NCBI GenBank assembly: GCA_001179505.1
Contig: CDMY01000288.1
Location: 69,195-133,194 of the forward strand
Direction: 5' to 3'
DNA length: 64,000 nt
Source: Vitrella brassicaformis CCMP3155
Lineage: Eukaryota; Protista; Chromerida
Made by a program: the position numbers and the translations under genes. Positions 37,701 through 51,743 of the stretch are shown here, piece by piece; the stretch's first letter is position 1; each line of letters begins with the position of its first letter. The notes under the pieces were generated by a model. The model saw nothing but the letters and a program-made list of their open reading frames with translations, was not told the DNA's origin and searched no databases.

Positions 37701-40700
37701 GCAGCAGAGAAGAGAGGAATCGCCTGTATCTAGTCGTTGCGTCCAGTGCTTGCAGACCTCATAATAGTGGATCCAAGCCCATCGGTCCACTCCTGCGTGA
37801 GCTCGTTGAACTCGCCATAAAGCTCGCCCATGGTGATGCACTTGGGATTCAGCACACTGTAGTGCACAACCTGGTAGTCCTCCTTCGGGTGGCCCTCCTT
37901 CCTCAGCTTGGTCATGGCGCCGGCCAGCATCTTGTAGCACACTGTCTTGCCGCCAGTGGTGGGGCCAACGAGCATGACGCCGAAGCGCACGTTGAATGTC
38001 TCGTACAGTTGGATGACCTTCTTGATGAGGGGCTCGTGCACCTGGTAGCCACCCTCCGCCATGCACGCCTCGATAGACGACTGAAGCTCGCCGTAGTCGA
38101 TGAAAGGAACCTCAACGCCAGGGAAGAGATCCGACACAATGGCGTAGAAAAGAGGAAGGTCGTGCGCCAAAAACTTCGGTACATTAGAGTCACTGCATAG
38201 TCACAGTCCTGTACTCTCTCCTGTTAGCTGTCGTTTCTTCGTGTCTCTCACCGCATGGCTCTGATGAGCACGATGTCCTCTGACAGGTCCGGCTCAGCTC
38301 GCTTCAAAGCGCCGGCCATGACAAGCACCGACTTGACGGCACGCATACCGAAGTCATAGTGGTCCTGCTGTGAGAGCTGCTCGGAGGAGAGCTTGTACAG
38401 CTTGGTGAACTTGCCCGACAGTTTCTTGGCCTCCCCGAATCCCTCAGCGAACAGCATGATCTCGGCAATGAGTGTGTAGTCGGGCACCATCATGGACACT
38501 GGACGAAACAGCACCTGAGAGAAGAGAAAGCACTTGGCGTAGAGCAGCAGCAGCAGCAGCAAGAACGTATGGTGTCTGTGTACCTTGAGGTTATCCGGCA
38601 GCTCTGTTCTGCCTGCATAGCCAGGGTTCATAGTGATGAACACGCCCAATGTGGGTTTGAGCTTGAGCACACGGCCCTCGAACAGGAACTCGCTCTTGCC
38701 GTCCAGCAATGCCACACGGATCGTAAGCAGCTGCTGGGCAATGACGGACAGCACCTCAATGTCGATACGGTTGAACTCGTCAAGGCACGTCCACGCACCC
38801 GCAGTCACCACACCTGCACACAGCAAAGGAAGGAGACACATACATCATCACACACTGCCCTTCCCTGAATCCGTGTTGGTCACCAGAGTAGAGCTTGGCC
38901 ATCATTTTGTAGTCGATCTGGTCAGAGCAGTTGAAGACGACGCACTGCCTGGCGATGGCTTTGGCCAAGTCCTTCGTTGACTCTGTCTTGCCCGTCCCTG
39001 CAGGGCCCGCGGGCGCAGCTCCCAGCTTGATGTGAAGTGCTCCCGTGATGGTCAGCCAGCACCTGTCTGTCAGCGGGGTGATTACCAGACGGGACGTGGC
39101 GCCCTGGTACTCGTAGCCGAACCGGATGCGGGCGTCGACCTGCCGGATGATGCAGTCGTCTTCGTCGGTGTCCCAGTAGTACTTTAGCTGCTGCTGCCAC
39201 TTGAAACTGTTTGCAGGAAAAGACAGAGACAGACAGTGGTGATTGCATGAAGCAGGGAGAAAAGGCAAGGCAAAGGGACGACCTTACTTGTTGACGTCGG
39301 TGACTTGTGCCTTCCTGAGCTCGTCGACGATATCTCGATTGTGCACATCTTGGATGGCCAGGGCCACCACGCTCTTTCTCTGGATTGATGACAGCTTCCC
39401 TCGCACCAAGGCCGTCAGGTCGCTCAGCTGCTCCACATTCTTGTCGAACCAATCGTTCATCTTATTTAGGGGATCGTCACCTGCACCACACAGACAGTGC
39501 TTCATTGCAAGGCATGGCATGTGCGTGTTCGTGCCTGCTTACTGTGCAGGACTTCTTCAGTTTCCGAGCACCACATGATTTGTGAGACACAGCTGACGAC
39601 CTGTGCCTTCGAGTTAGCGACCCAGTCCTTGCGAGAGGGCATGGCGTATTCCTTCCAGCCGTTCTTGACGACCACCTGCAGCGACTTGACCATGTGGTCC
39701 TCCACCTCCAGCAGCCACTTCTCCACGGGACCTCGTGCCTTCATGACCTTGTAGAACTCCACCTCCTCACCCTCGCCTGATATCATTGCGTGAATGTCCT
39801 GCAGATAAACGTCACATTGATGGACGTGAATCGGTGAAGCCAGTCGTTGGTTGCATACCGCGCTTCGTGCGTCGTCTCCCAATCGCAGCTTGACGAGGTT
39901 GTCGAAGCACTTGCGAAGGTGGGGCTGGACGGCCTGAGGTCGGCGTGCTTGCGCAAGGATCTCCAGCAGCTCGTCGTTGGAGAGGAAGAAGAAGCGGGGG
40001 AAGGCCTCACGCTTGCTCTGTGGACAACAGACACATGAAGGGCTACATATGTGTGAGTATTCACTGGAAGACGCACCTGCAGGTAGTCCTCAAGGCTCTT
40101 TTGTATCTCATCGAGTGTCTCATTGAATTGTCTGAACAGCTCCAGCCTGCCGGTCTTGGTGCACGCCTTGAAGGCTACCCCATACTCGTTGGTCTCCTTC
40201 ATGATGGCCTTCCACTGGGAGTCCACTGCAGAGAACTTCTGCGACTCAGACGGCAGCTGCTTGCGGATATCGCCCGCCGAGAAGATCGACTCGAGGTACA
40301 TCCAGTTGCGCTGCACCTGCAGCCACTCGTCAAGCGTCTCCTGGAAGAGAATCAGGTTCTTCTGCCAGCCCTCGACCTCATCGCGGATCGGACCCACATA
40401 GCGCGAGCCGGCAATGGTCGAGATCGTGACGAGAGAGTCCTCGAGCGTGGCGATGACTTCGTCGACGCCTCCCAGAATGAAGACGTCTTTGGAGTCCTTG
40501 TAGGAGAGCACCGTGAGCTGTGTGTCCTGCCAGACGCCCTTGGCTTTGTCGAGCATTTCCTCCAGCGCCAGCTCTGCCGTGGCCTTGCCGCTGATGTCCT
40601 GGATGTCCTCGGTGTATTGTCCCACACCCATCTCCAGCAGACGTCCGAGAGTGAAGTCCTCGTTGTCGAGCTCCAATGTCTGGCCAATGAGCTCGTTGAT

Positions 40701-43700
40701 TTTGGTCCAGTGTCTCTCTTTGAGGGCCTTGTTACGGAGGGCGAGCACGACTGGCATGGTATTCTTGAAGTTGATCACCACATCCTTCAGCTGGAAGACC
40801 ACGGGATTCTCAGGCATTGCCTTCTCGGACTGCAAAGCCACCTTGTTATAGACCTGCATGATGACCATAATGATACAACATATACACAAGTTTGAGCAAC
40901 GTGATGTAGCTGAGCAGCTGATGTGTACCTGTATCTCCTTTTGGATGGTCTCGACATCGATTTCTGAGAATTGTGTGTCGTTCCAGACTTTGCTGAGCTT
41001 GTCCCATGCGTCGATGGACCGCCAGAGCTTGGCCTTGACCTGGAAGCTGCCCTTCATGTCCTCGACCTCCTCAAATGGTGTCACATCCATCTTCAGCACC
41101 TCCTGGTACCTGCAACCCACACACGAAACACATACATGCATTATCGTGTCTCTTCATATATTGAGTTGCAGTGTACCTGTTGTATCTGACAGCATCGCTG
41201 CTGGCCGCCTTGACCATTTCTTCGATCTCCTCGATTCTTTCCAACACCTCAGCCCGCTTGGCCTTGGGGTTCTCGAAGATCTTGTCCTCAAGCCGCTCTG
41301 CGACGCGCTCCACGTCCTTGTACAGCTGTGGGATGTCATGCTGCAGCTCTTTGGAGAAGCGGGACACGTTGCTCTCAGATGACTCTTGCGAGAACTGCAG
41401 CTGGGTCCTGCAAATGAAAGAGGCGATTAGACACATCACTTTCCTTGATGGCATGCTAACCTCAGGGCGTTGACGGTGGTAGCGAGCTCGAAGAAGGCGT
41501 TTCTCTGTGTCGAGGTGATCCTGACCTCGTGCTGGTTGAGGAGCTCAAAGAGGTCGGCGATGTATTGGTATTTGCGGTCGGTGTCGGGCACGCCGTCCAG
41601 CACTTCGTTCAACAGAGACATGAACTCGACATACTAAGGCACAGATCGACAGAGGACAATGCAGCCATGATTACGGAAAAGCTTTATGAAGCCCGTCTAC
41701 CTCATCGACGTTGCCAGGCAGCTGTGCCAGCTTTTCATTCGCTTCCTTCAGCTGCTGGGTCAGTTCAGCCGTCTTGTCCATCGCAAGCTGTATTAGCAAA
41801 CCACATACACGCATCCATGAGGCAGACAGACGCTTTGTTCATGTGCAGCCGACTGACCTCAGGGATGTACTTGGTGAGGAGTTGCCAGCACCTCGTCGGT
41901 GATGGCACCAGTGTCTTCTGCATTTCTGTGCCATCCAGCTGAAACAGACCCAAATCCACCTGCAGAGATTGTCAAAGGAAGGCACCAGTGGTCGATGCAT
42001 CGAGCCCCAATCGCAGAGTGTAGCCATTCACGCACGCACTTGTGTCTGCAGAGCCTTGACGCTGTCTTGTTGGCTCTTGTATTTGTCAAGCGCCTTCCTG
42101 ACCGTCGGCAACCAAGACCATCCATTCGGTATGGTGTCGATTAAAGTTCCATACATACGCAAATTCGAGCAGCTCGACGTCCTGGAAGTCACTAAGGGTC
42201 GTGCCTTCGTTCTCGACATACATAGTCACGAAGTCCTGGGGCAGAGACCAACGCCACGACAATGCATATCTTTGCACAAACGATCTTGGCTGAACGAGTC
42301 AGTTACTTACCTGGTATTGCCTTGCATGTGCCACCAGCAGATGGAACAGCTCATCGAACCTCCTGCCGATGTCCCGCATGAGTTTCTTGAAGCTGGCGTC
42401 GGCCGTAATCTGCGAGAAAAGGTCGACAGTGGCCTCCTCGCCCCTGTCATCGCCCAGCTCTGCGAGAGGGGCGGTGAAGGGCTGGAAGTCATCCAGCTGC
42501 AGGAATGTCGGGCAGCTGCACACTGTCCTCACGGCATCAAGAAGGACCGCTTCAATGGAAGCGCGGAAGTTGTGCCTGCAATACGGAAGGAAGAAGCGAA
42601 TCAAGAATATCTTAGGTCCCTTTCTGTATCTGCATGTGTGTGCATGTGCGTACCCCGAAGGATTGAAGTCGATGCCTGTTGGATCAAACACGACACTCAC
42701 TACAAATATCTGACAGACGATATGGAAATGAGACACGACGTGGCCAAGACATACACGCACCGGTCTGTCGGCCGAGGGTCCCTTCATAGGACCCTTGCCG
42801 CCCCGCAGGCTGGGCCGTCTCTTCTTGGTGAAGTCTTCGCTCCCGCCGGCCTCCTGTGGGCCCTGGTTCTCCAGCTCCCTCCTCTGCTGCTTCTCGATGA
42901 ACATTATCAAGGAATCCAAAAACCTAAAGACACAAGTGCCTCTCCTTTCTGTTGCATCGCTGTGCGCTTCTTTCCCATGTATACATGGTAGTCGAATTTC
43001 TCGCGAGGCTAGCAATGGCATCAGAGAAGAGATACTGCGCCGTCCTGATGAACTTGGTGAGCTTGCGGCACTGAGTCCGCGTGGTGGCCCTCTCGGTGTA
43101 AGACATGTTGGAGTCGCCTCCCATGCCCATCTTGCCTTGGGTGGGCGGCGGGCGAGGGACAATCATCCCCGCACCACGACCGGCAGCAGGCACAATGGCA
43201 CTTGTGTCGCCTCGCCGAGACTTGTTTGCTGAGAGACAGACAGATGGACAGATTGACAACACAAATTGTCGACAGACTGCAGTCTCTGCACATCTACCTG
43301 TGACGGCCCTTGAGGCCTCATGCGTGTCGTCAGGTCGTGACTCAGCGTCGAGGGCACGCGCACCAGGTCCGAATCCGTTGGCCTCGAGGAAGGCCTGGAG
43401 TGAGTATGTACACGACTGCAGCACCTCGTCTCGGATTGCGGTCCAGATGGTGTTGAGCTCAGCCAATATCTCGCCACGCCTTCTCTGCTGCACGTCCAAA
43501 AACTCCTGTTGGTTGCAATGAGAGGAGAAAGACAAAGACATCATTGTTTGAATATCGCCCATTGCTCTGCGGGCTTACCTGGAGTGTGTATGTCCTGTCG
43601 AGGTCGTAGTGTATGAGCGGCCAGGAGGTGAGGCGGAAACACAAGGCGCGGACCTTCAGCAGAGAGCCGCGCAAGCTCGAATCCAATACAAATAGATTGG

Positions 43701-44843
43701 AGGTCAAAGTCTTGGCACACTTTCTGAAAAAGAGTACGCAAGAAATCATGCTTCTGCTTCCTCTTTTGGCCTGTCGTGTACGAGCTGACCTGAAGGAGTG
43801 GTCCCTCATGATTCTCTTCCAGACGGAGAACATCTTCCATTTGCGGTATTTCGCAAAGAACGAAATGGCAATGATCCGACGATACAGCTCCTGGTCCCTC
43901 TGCCACTCCTGAGAGGCAGGCCAAAAGCTATCATTCTCCCGGGCCCGATGGATGTGTGTGTCGATGGTCGGTCACTTTCTGACCTGCAGTGTGGTGAATT
44001 CGACTTCCCCGTGGTGGTAGTGAGTCACCCCCCTCAGGCTGATAGTCATGTAGTCGTGCGGATTGATCTTCGAAAACGGGACGATCTGAAACTCATACGG
44101 ACCTGATCTGGGCAAACACACCAAGACAGACATTGCAGACATTGCAGCGTCCGTCCTTTGGTCACTTGCCTGTTCATGTAGCAAAACTCCTCTGTCAGCG
44201 ACTCATGGTTGAGAATGAACTCGACAAAATCGGCGGGATCAATCCAGTTGGGATCTTCCTTGAGGTTGGGCTCCTTCCTCTCCCCCGCCCCCTCCTCCTT
44301 CCCTTCAAGCTCCATTGGCGCCTCGCCCTCCCTCCTCCCAGGACTGACACTCCTCATCGCGCGAACACCGGTCGGCTCCCTTATCGGCAGCGGCTTGACG
44401 TTGGTGTGCGGCACGACCATAGAGGAAGGGGGGAGGGATGCCATCGGCGGCAGGGCGAGCGTCGTGGGAGCTCCTGTAGGGCCAGTTTGTGGCGAGAATG
44501 CGAGAATCTTGCGGGGAGGGGAGGTGCTGTGTGGGTGAGGGGATAGCTTGCGTGGCTTGTGGCCGGCTTTGCCTCTCACGAGAGGCGATGTGGCCTGGCC
44601 CTGGCGGTACAGCCGCTGGCGCAGGTCCGGCGGGCAGGCGAATGTGCTGGTTGTCTGCATGAGGGACGTGAGGCCCGAGCTGGGGCCGCCGTCTTGTGTG
44701 CGGGACGTCTGCTCCCATGTCTGTGGACCCTGCCGTTGAGCTGAAGGCTCGATTGGCGCCATCCTTTTCGCGATCTCGTGGGGGCGTCCTGGGGGCGCCG
44801 AAGGGAGACTGAAGGAAGCGCGCACGAGGAGCTGCATGCCCAT
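28745..44843 (-). CDS. DNAH6: Axonemal dynein heavy chain, single-headed inner-arm type, DNAH6-like
   Basis: P-loops GPAGTGKT (about 38990), GPTTGGKT (about 37950), TGVSGIGKS (about 36550) and GVGGSGKQS (about 35195); CFNCSD-type, [82 protein letters not shown]; end [23 protein letters not shown]...MLND*. Dynein identity is certain, the DNAH6 subtype is from remembered similarity, and the start codon is approximate. Confidence 0.95.
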
Positions 44844-44958
44844 CTGGTTCAGCAACGTGTCCGTCTGCAGCTGATTTCCTATAGCGGGATCTGTGTGCAG
44901 CGCTCTGCTTTGTGCAAAAGAGAGACGGCGGCAGAGACGGCTGTGACCCTGAAGCATC

Positions 44959-47900
44959 ATGCGGGCATACAAGAAGGACAGCTCCGCCACCAACCTGCAG
45001 ACCGGCGGCACACAGTCCGACGATGGCAAGGTGAAAGCACGGCAGGCGGCCGACCTCGTCAAGGCGGCCCAGACGCTCATCAAGAAGGCCCAGAACCAGG
45101 CGGACTTCGAGCACATTATCTCCATCCTCACCGATGCCATCACACTGCGGCCGAACCGTGCTGCATACTACTTCACGAGAGGGAGGTGTTTCATCTCGAT
45201 GGGTCAGTTTCAGAGGGCTCTCTTTGACTTCTCCATGGCCATTCGGCTGGAGAGCACTGTGGCCAAATACTATGGTAAGTGAGATGCGGGGAGGGATGGA
45301 CGTGTCTGTTTGATGGTTGGTGGTTTGGTGATCTGCAGGGAGCCGTGGGTACTGTTTCAGGAAACTGGGGCGGATCCAAGAGGCCCTCAAGGTGACATTC
45401 TTGCACACAAAATCAGAAGGCCACGTCTCGCTGCACATGTATCATTTCGCAACGGCAGGATTATAACGACGCCGTGCGCTATGAGAAGGAGAACCCCGAG
45501 TACTACTTTTCCCGTGCGCTGGTGTATTTCGACCTGGAGGACTTCCAGACCGCTATCAATGACTTCAGCCAGGCCCTCGACAAGCGCCTGTCTGCACCAT
45601 TCAAGGCTTTCTTCCACAGGGGCATGTGTTATCGCAGGGTCAAGAGGCTGGACGAGAGTCTCAAGGACCTGAAGCACGCATTGTCCCTCGACAACAGCCA
45701 TGCAGAGGCGCACAACCAGCTGGGGCTTTCACTGTGTGAGGCGAAGGACTATCAGACGGCCAGCAGCGAATTCACATCTGTGAGCAACGAGATAGAGAGA
45801 GAGGGACACACCCTTCCTTCGCCACACAGCACTTTCCACTTTGCTCATGCAGGCGTTGGAGTTGCTGCATGAGACACAGCCGTCCGATGTGGCTCTCACG
45901 GCCAAGTACCACTCCAACAGAGGGCTGGCGCTTGACAAGATGGGCCAGCACCACCTTGCTCTAGACGACTTCACTGCGGCCATTGAGAGAGACGACACCG
46001 AGCCACACTACTTCTTCAACCGGGTGAGGCGGAGAGCCGGACATAGACACACGTGGCATTCATTTGTACTGCATGTCTGTCTTTCCTTTCCCGTCTTCGT
46101 GTAGGGCAACTGTCAGTATGCGTTGAAGGCCTTCGATGCGGCGATTGAGGACTACTCCGCCGCTGTCAAGCTTGACCCCAAAAAGGCAGTCTACTGGCAC
46201 CACATCGGGCGAGAGGAGAGAGAGAGACACAGCACCTATGCAATGCCCTCTCTCTCATTGTTCTGTTGTCCCGGTTCTGTGCTGCCCGTAGGTTGGGGTA
46301 TCAGGCGCTGGAGCAGATCGAGAGGGCCATACAGTACTTCCAGAAGGCCCTCGAGAAGGACACGGCACACCACCCATCTAGATTTCACATGGGGCTCATG
46401 TACCACAGGGGAAAGGAGGTGAGATCGTGTAGACGTTCGGACCTCGGTGCTCATTCAAGTGTGTGTGTGTCAGTATGACAAGGCCCTGGAGGCATTTGCT
46501 GAGGTGCCAGCGACCGAGGCCTTGTACGAGGCCCGCGGTAAGGTGTACTGCGACATGAACACACAAGACGCCTACCAAAAGGTCGGCCGGGAGACAACCA
46601 CACATCCGCCGCTGCAAACACCCTTTCCCCTCCTCCCGCTCTCACCCAGGCGTACGATGACTTCCACCTGGCCATATCTGTAAAGCCCCTGAACGCCTTG
46701 CACTACTACAACCGCGGCACTGTGCTGCACCTGATGAAGAGACACCAGGACGCGCTGCAAGACTTCAACAAGGCCCTCATTCTAGGGGAGGGGGGCCAGC
46801 TGCCAACCGAAGAGCCCGCAGAAAGGGATGAGAGGGCGGAGGCAGTTGAGGAGGAGAGGGAGAGGGAGAGGGCACCGAGTGTCGTGGCAAAAGAAGACAA
46901 AGACAAAGAGAAGGAGAAGGAGAGGGAGAAGGTGCCGACCCTGAGCAACAGGGAGCTGGCCAGGATATACAGCGACCGGGGGCTGGCATGGAGGTGAGTG
47001 AGGTGACCTGAGGTGAGCTGCGTACAGATAGACAAGACATCACCCAAGTAGTGGCACAAATATTGTATATGTCTGTTTGTCTGTGTGCGGTGCGCGCCAG
47101 AGCATTGGGCAATCTGCCTCAGGCTGTTGAGGACCTCACAGTGGCTGTGGCCAAGTGCGGCCCTCTGGTGAGTGAAGACGGCACACCCCCATCGCCTGAG
47201 GTGACCGAGTACCTCGCTACAAGAGCACAGTGTTTCTTCGAACAGGTAAGCAAGCAACATTGAAACATTGAAAGGGACACACGCCGAGACACATGAAGAC
47301 AGGGCAGATGTATGTGTGTTTGTATGTGCGTGTGTGTCAAGGGACTGTATGACCGTGGTGAGATGGACCTGACGACTGCCTTGGGCGTCAGCCCATCCGA
47401 CCCCCACCTCTCCTACAAACGGGGGCTCACACGGTCAGTCACAAAATAAAGTGCACGATCCATCCATGCGCACAGATAGATGGAGGGAAGCGTCTCTGTC
47501 GTGTTGGTCGTCCCTGCCTGTCTGCAGGTATGCCCAGGGCGAGCACCGGTATGTGCACGTGATAATGGATCTCAAGAGGGCCATTGCCAACAACCTCGCA
47601 GCACCCCACCAGGCCGACCTCTACTACCACATGGGACTCGCATACGCTAACCTTGGTGATGAGTAGGGAGGGAAATGCCATGCATGCCGCCGAGAGAGAC
47701 ACAAGGAAGCTGTGCGTGTGTGTGTGCATCAGGTAAGCATCCGCTCGCAGTGCCGTGTTTTGACGCCGCTGTGAAGCGGAGTGGGGACAAGCCACACTAC
47801 ATGCACGAACGGGCCAAGAGCCTTCAGGTCACACACACACACACACACACCCCTATACGGTCACACGATGCCTAACACCACAGCACGTGTCAGGTCTCGC

Positions 47901-48333
47901 CATGTCTCACACTCAGGTTGTGGGTGACCATCTCCACGCGTTGGAGGACTTCACTCGTGTGCTGGAGGTGCAGCCGAGGAACGCCCGCGCACTGTTCAGG
48001 CGGGCCTTCTCATACAAAGCTCTCAAGGCATACGAAGAGGCTGCCGACGTACGTACTGTGCGTCGACTCACTGTCAGTGGTGTCAGGATGCTCAAATACG
48101 AATGTGTGTGTGTGTGCGTGTGTGTCTAAGGACTTTGAGTCCGCCAAGGAGTACGAGCCGTCCGACCCCCGGCTGGTGGTCAACTATCGTCAGGTGCACC
48201 ACGTCAGGTGCATCGTGCTGGGCCCCGCGGGTCACGAAGACCCCTCCACTGCCATGCAGCACCAACAGGACGACAGCAAGGGTGTGGGGGTTGGCCAGTA
48301 TGGTGGGGCGCAGCTTGTGACCACGGCCGCGTG
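44959..48333 (+). CDS. Large multi-TPR protein (about 15 or more TPRs), probably ciliary
   Basis: Repeated TPR units (YYFTRGRCFISMGQFQRALFDFSMAIRL, YHSNRGLALDKMGQHHLALDDFTAAI, HYYNRGTVLHLMKRHQDALQDFNKAL, ALFRRAFSYKALKAYEEAADDF) across in-frame exons, with an acidic/basic insert near 46790-46940. The ciliary role is inference. Confidence 0.9.
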
Positions 48334-48883
48334 AGTTTGTGTGTCGGTGTTGTGTTGTACAGTTGTGTGAAGGCAGAATAAGTTGATGTACTGGTGAACG
48401 CATGGCGGATGGTGGTCTGTCTGTTTGTCCAAGGCATACATGGCTACAGCCATGCACAAAACAGGCAATCAAGGAGGGCACGAGGAGGGAGGGTGCACGC
48501 AAAATCCAGCCAGCAAGCTTTGGTTGGCACCTCACGAAGCCACTCATTCACTCACTCTGTCTGCCGTATTCACACAACCTTCCTTCACTAGCAGCCAGCA
48601 TGGAGGAAGGAATCGATGGGATGGATGAGTGAGTGAACGCTATACACACTGACTGACCGACCGACCGACCTACGCCAATACGTCAGCCAGCCAGCTTCGA
48701 CTCAGACAAGGGAGTAGCCAGGCAAAGGAGGCAAGTCCGTACCCAATTACACAGATAGATAATAGCATAGCATAGCGTAGCAGCATGGACCAGGTGCGTG
48801 AGCCAGCCAGAGCCCGACGGCCTTTCCCGGGCCTGGCAGGCCTCACACACGCGGTATGTACACACAGACACCTCCGGGTCGGG

Positions 48884-51743
48884 TCACAGCTCCGTCTTGA
48901 GCTTGAGAAGCTCCGGCTCTTTGTCGAGTTTGTTGGGCATGGAGTCGCCCCCGATGACCCCATCAATGAAGGAAGACAGCGCACCCGACTCCCAAGTGTC
49001 GCCCTCATACAGCTGTGTGACAGACAGACAGACAGACAGACACATATGGGTTTGTGTGCTGCGCCATGGGTGAGGTGAGTGGGGTGAAAGCCACGTCAGT
49101 CAGTCACCTTAAATTTCCGCCTCTTTGGCCTGTACGCGACGAATTTGTGGCACATTTCCGGCGAGCTGCTGTTGCACCCACTGGCCAACCCAAAGGCAGC
49201 GACAAACTGGGGCTGATGGATGACCACACACATTACATTCAGAACACACCACACCACACACACCGTATTACCTACCGGCGAGTTGTGTGTGGTTTGTTGT
49301 ATACGCACCCACCTGTTGTGTCGCGTCGACCCAGACGACCTTGATAGGGTCTCGTTTGTACCGTTCCGCCAGCTTCTTGACCGTCTCGTGCACACCCTCA
49401 TCCACACTCCCGCCGTACTTGAACAAGATGAAACAATACTGCAGGCAGTAACGGACACACACACACACACACTTTGGTCATTTTCGTGGACCCAGCCCCT
49501 CCCTCACCTGTCCATCTGATGGTGCGCACTCTCCGTTGGTGGTCCGCCTCTTCGTCAGCTCCCGGAAAGACCCTCCAGTGCCGCCGTACGGACCCTGAGA
49601 CGCTCGTTGCTGCACACAGCCATACACAAAGGAAGGGAGACAGAGAGGGGGGCGTGACTTCCTCCTGCATTGTGTGTAAGTATCTTGCCGGCTCGTTGCT
49701 CACTTGTGCGACGATTCGGCTGAACGAGAGCGAGAGCACCTCACGATTCGCTGTCGCCTTGAGCCACTCACCCTGCACACCACCACACAACACAGTGGAT
49801 GTCACATCCACTCATGCTCCCTCCCTCCCTCCCTCCGTCCGACCGTCCGTCCGTCAGAGCGTACCGTCAGCTTGTCGAAGTCCTGCAGGTGCAAAATGCT
49901 GGGAAACTTTGGCGGCTTGAACCGGTCCACCACGTCCTTGTCGCTGGCAAACACCACAGCCATCGACAGCCGCGGGGGCGTCTTGAACTCCTTTGCGAGG
50001 GCCTTGAAGAGAGGCGGGACGGCCTTTTTGTCGGTGAAGAGAACGACTTTAGCCAGTGATGAGTCGCTGTTGATGAAGTCGTTGATGTTTTTGGTGGTGA
50101 GGGTGGTGCTGTGGGAGGGGAGCCGGCGGGAGAGCCAGTGACCGATCGCTGCCGATGTCCTGCACACACAGAGAGAGAGAGAGAGAGACCGGCGAGTGGA
50201 GTCAAGTGGAGTGGAAAGGCTCTCTCTCTCTCTCTGTCTTTCTATCTCCGTGTGTGCGCCTGTGTGTGTGTGTGTACCTTTCGCCTTCGTATACAACTGG
50301 AGGTTTTTCTTTGTCTTCTGGGAAGAGGTACACCGTGGGGTAGCCCGTGACTTGCATCTCCTCACACACGTCCCGGTGCTTCTCGCAATTCACTGCCGCC
50401 ACCTGCACGGACGGATTTGATGTGTGCAGCCATGTAGAACAAAGAAGCGAGGATCCCTTGACATGCTCGTCGCGTGTGTGTGTGTGTGTGTCTGTGAGTG
50501 TGTGTGCCGACCGGCACGATTCCCTTCATCTTGGTTGCCAGCTTGGCGTAGTCATCCTTCATCTCTTTGCAGTGGCCGCACCATGGTGCGTAGAACTCTA
50601 CCTGAAGAGTGACATCACACACAGCGTCAGTCAGGATGTGCCTCTGACTGAATGCTCTCCTACACGCGGAAGCTTCCACTCACCAGCATGACCCAGTCGC
50701 GGTCGTTGATTTCCTTCTCGAAGTTGCCGCTGCCCAGCTGCAGCACGTCTGTGTCGTCGTAGAGGTTGTGGCTCGGCCGCTGCTCCTGACGAGCACGCTG
50801 ACGACCACCACCACCACCACCACCAAACCCTACACACCGACACCGATATCAATCAGGCAATCACTGGCTACAGACAGACGCCGGTGTCCTGTCGTGTCAG
50901 TGTGACTGACCTCCGAAGCCCCCTCCGCCTCCGCCGAACTGGAAATGGACCCGGCCACCACCGCCACCGAAAAACTGCCTGCAGTGCAGTGCAGTGCAGG
51001 GTAGAGCAGACAACACAGACAGACAACACAGACAGACACACGGATGGGATGGTCAGTCAAAGTGCTGGATGCATCGATGGGATGCATCCGATGACAAACT
51101 GCCTGACTGACGTACTCGAAGACAGTGAAAGGGTCCTGGAACCCCTGTCCGCCGCCGCCGCCGTGCTGTTGCTGCTGCTTGAGGCCCTCCTCGCCATAGC
51201 GATCGTAGATCTGACGCTTCTCGCTGTCACTCAAAACCTGCACACGCAGTACGTGATGAATGAATAAAGGCAGGCAGAGAGGGAGAGAGGGAGATGTTGT
51301 CTGTGTGTCTGTCTGTCTGTCTGTCCGGTGTGTCGTTGCTGACTTCATATGCGTTGGCGAGGTCCATGAATTTCTCCTGCGCTTTGGGGTCGTCGGGATT
51401 CTTATCGGGATGCAGCTGCTTGGACTTCTCGCGATACGCCTGGGGGCATGACGGCATGACGGACGGCAGCATGAAACACACAGATCCCACACAGCAATGG
51501 AATAGAAGAATCAGAGATATCAGAGATGGTGTGACGTATAGGTGCTTCTCTGTGTGATGGGTGCTGCCTGACTGTCAGCGAGTGACTGGCTGACTGCCAG
51601 ACCTTCTTCATTTCGTCATCAGTGGCCTTCCTGGACACGCCCAAAATGCGATAGTAGTCCCTGCCTCTCCCCTGACCCAACACGGGCGCCACAGCCACCA
51701 GCAGCAACGACAACACTGACAGCACACTCCCAATCAGCTCCAT
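48884..51743 (-). CDS. ER-lumenal J-domain plus thioredoxin co-chaperone (ERdj3A/PfJ2-like architecture)
   Basis: Signal peptide [24 protein letters not shown]-domain DYYRILGV...LHPDKNPDD...AYEVLSD, G/F region, Trx [12 protein letters not shown], further Trx-like folds, C-terminal KTEL* (KDEL-like). Confidence 0.92.

Noticed and set aside
30457-42991. Many long plus-strand ORFs opposite the dynein gene
   Set aside because: Antisense shadows of GC3-rich dynein exons with no independent motifs.
44844-44958. RFX X-box in the dynein/TPR spacer
   Set aside because: Only a partial GTT-N4-AAC match, and RFX control is not established for alveolates.
44046-45143. 365-aa minus ORF extending the dynein N-terminus to 45143
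   Set aside because: The part above about 44850 is antisense to the clearly coding first TPR exon and is probably a GC-driven shadow frame.
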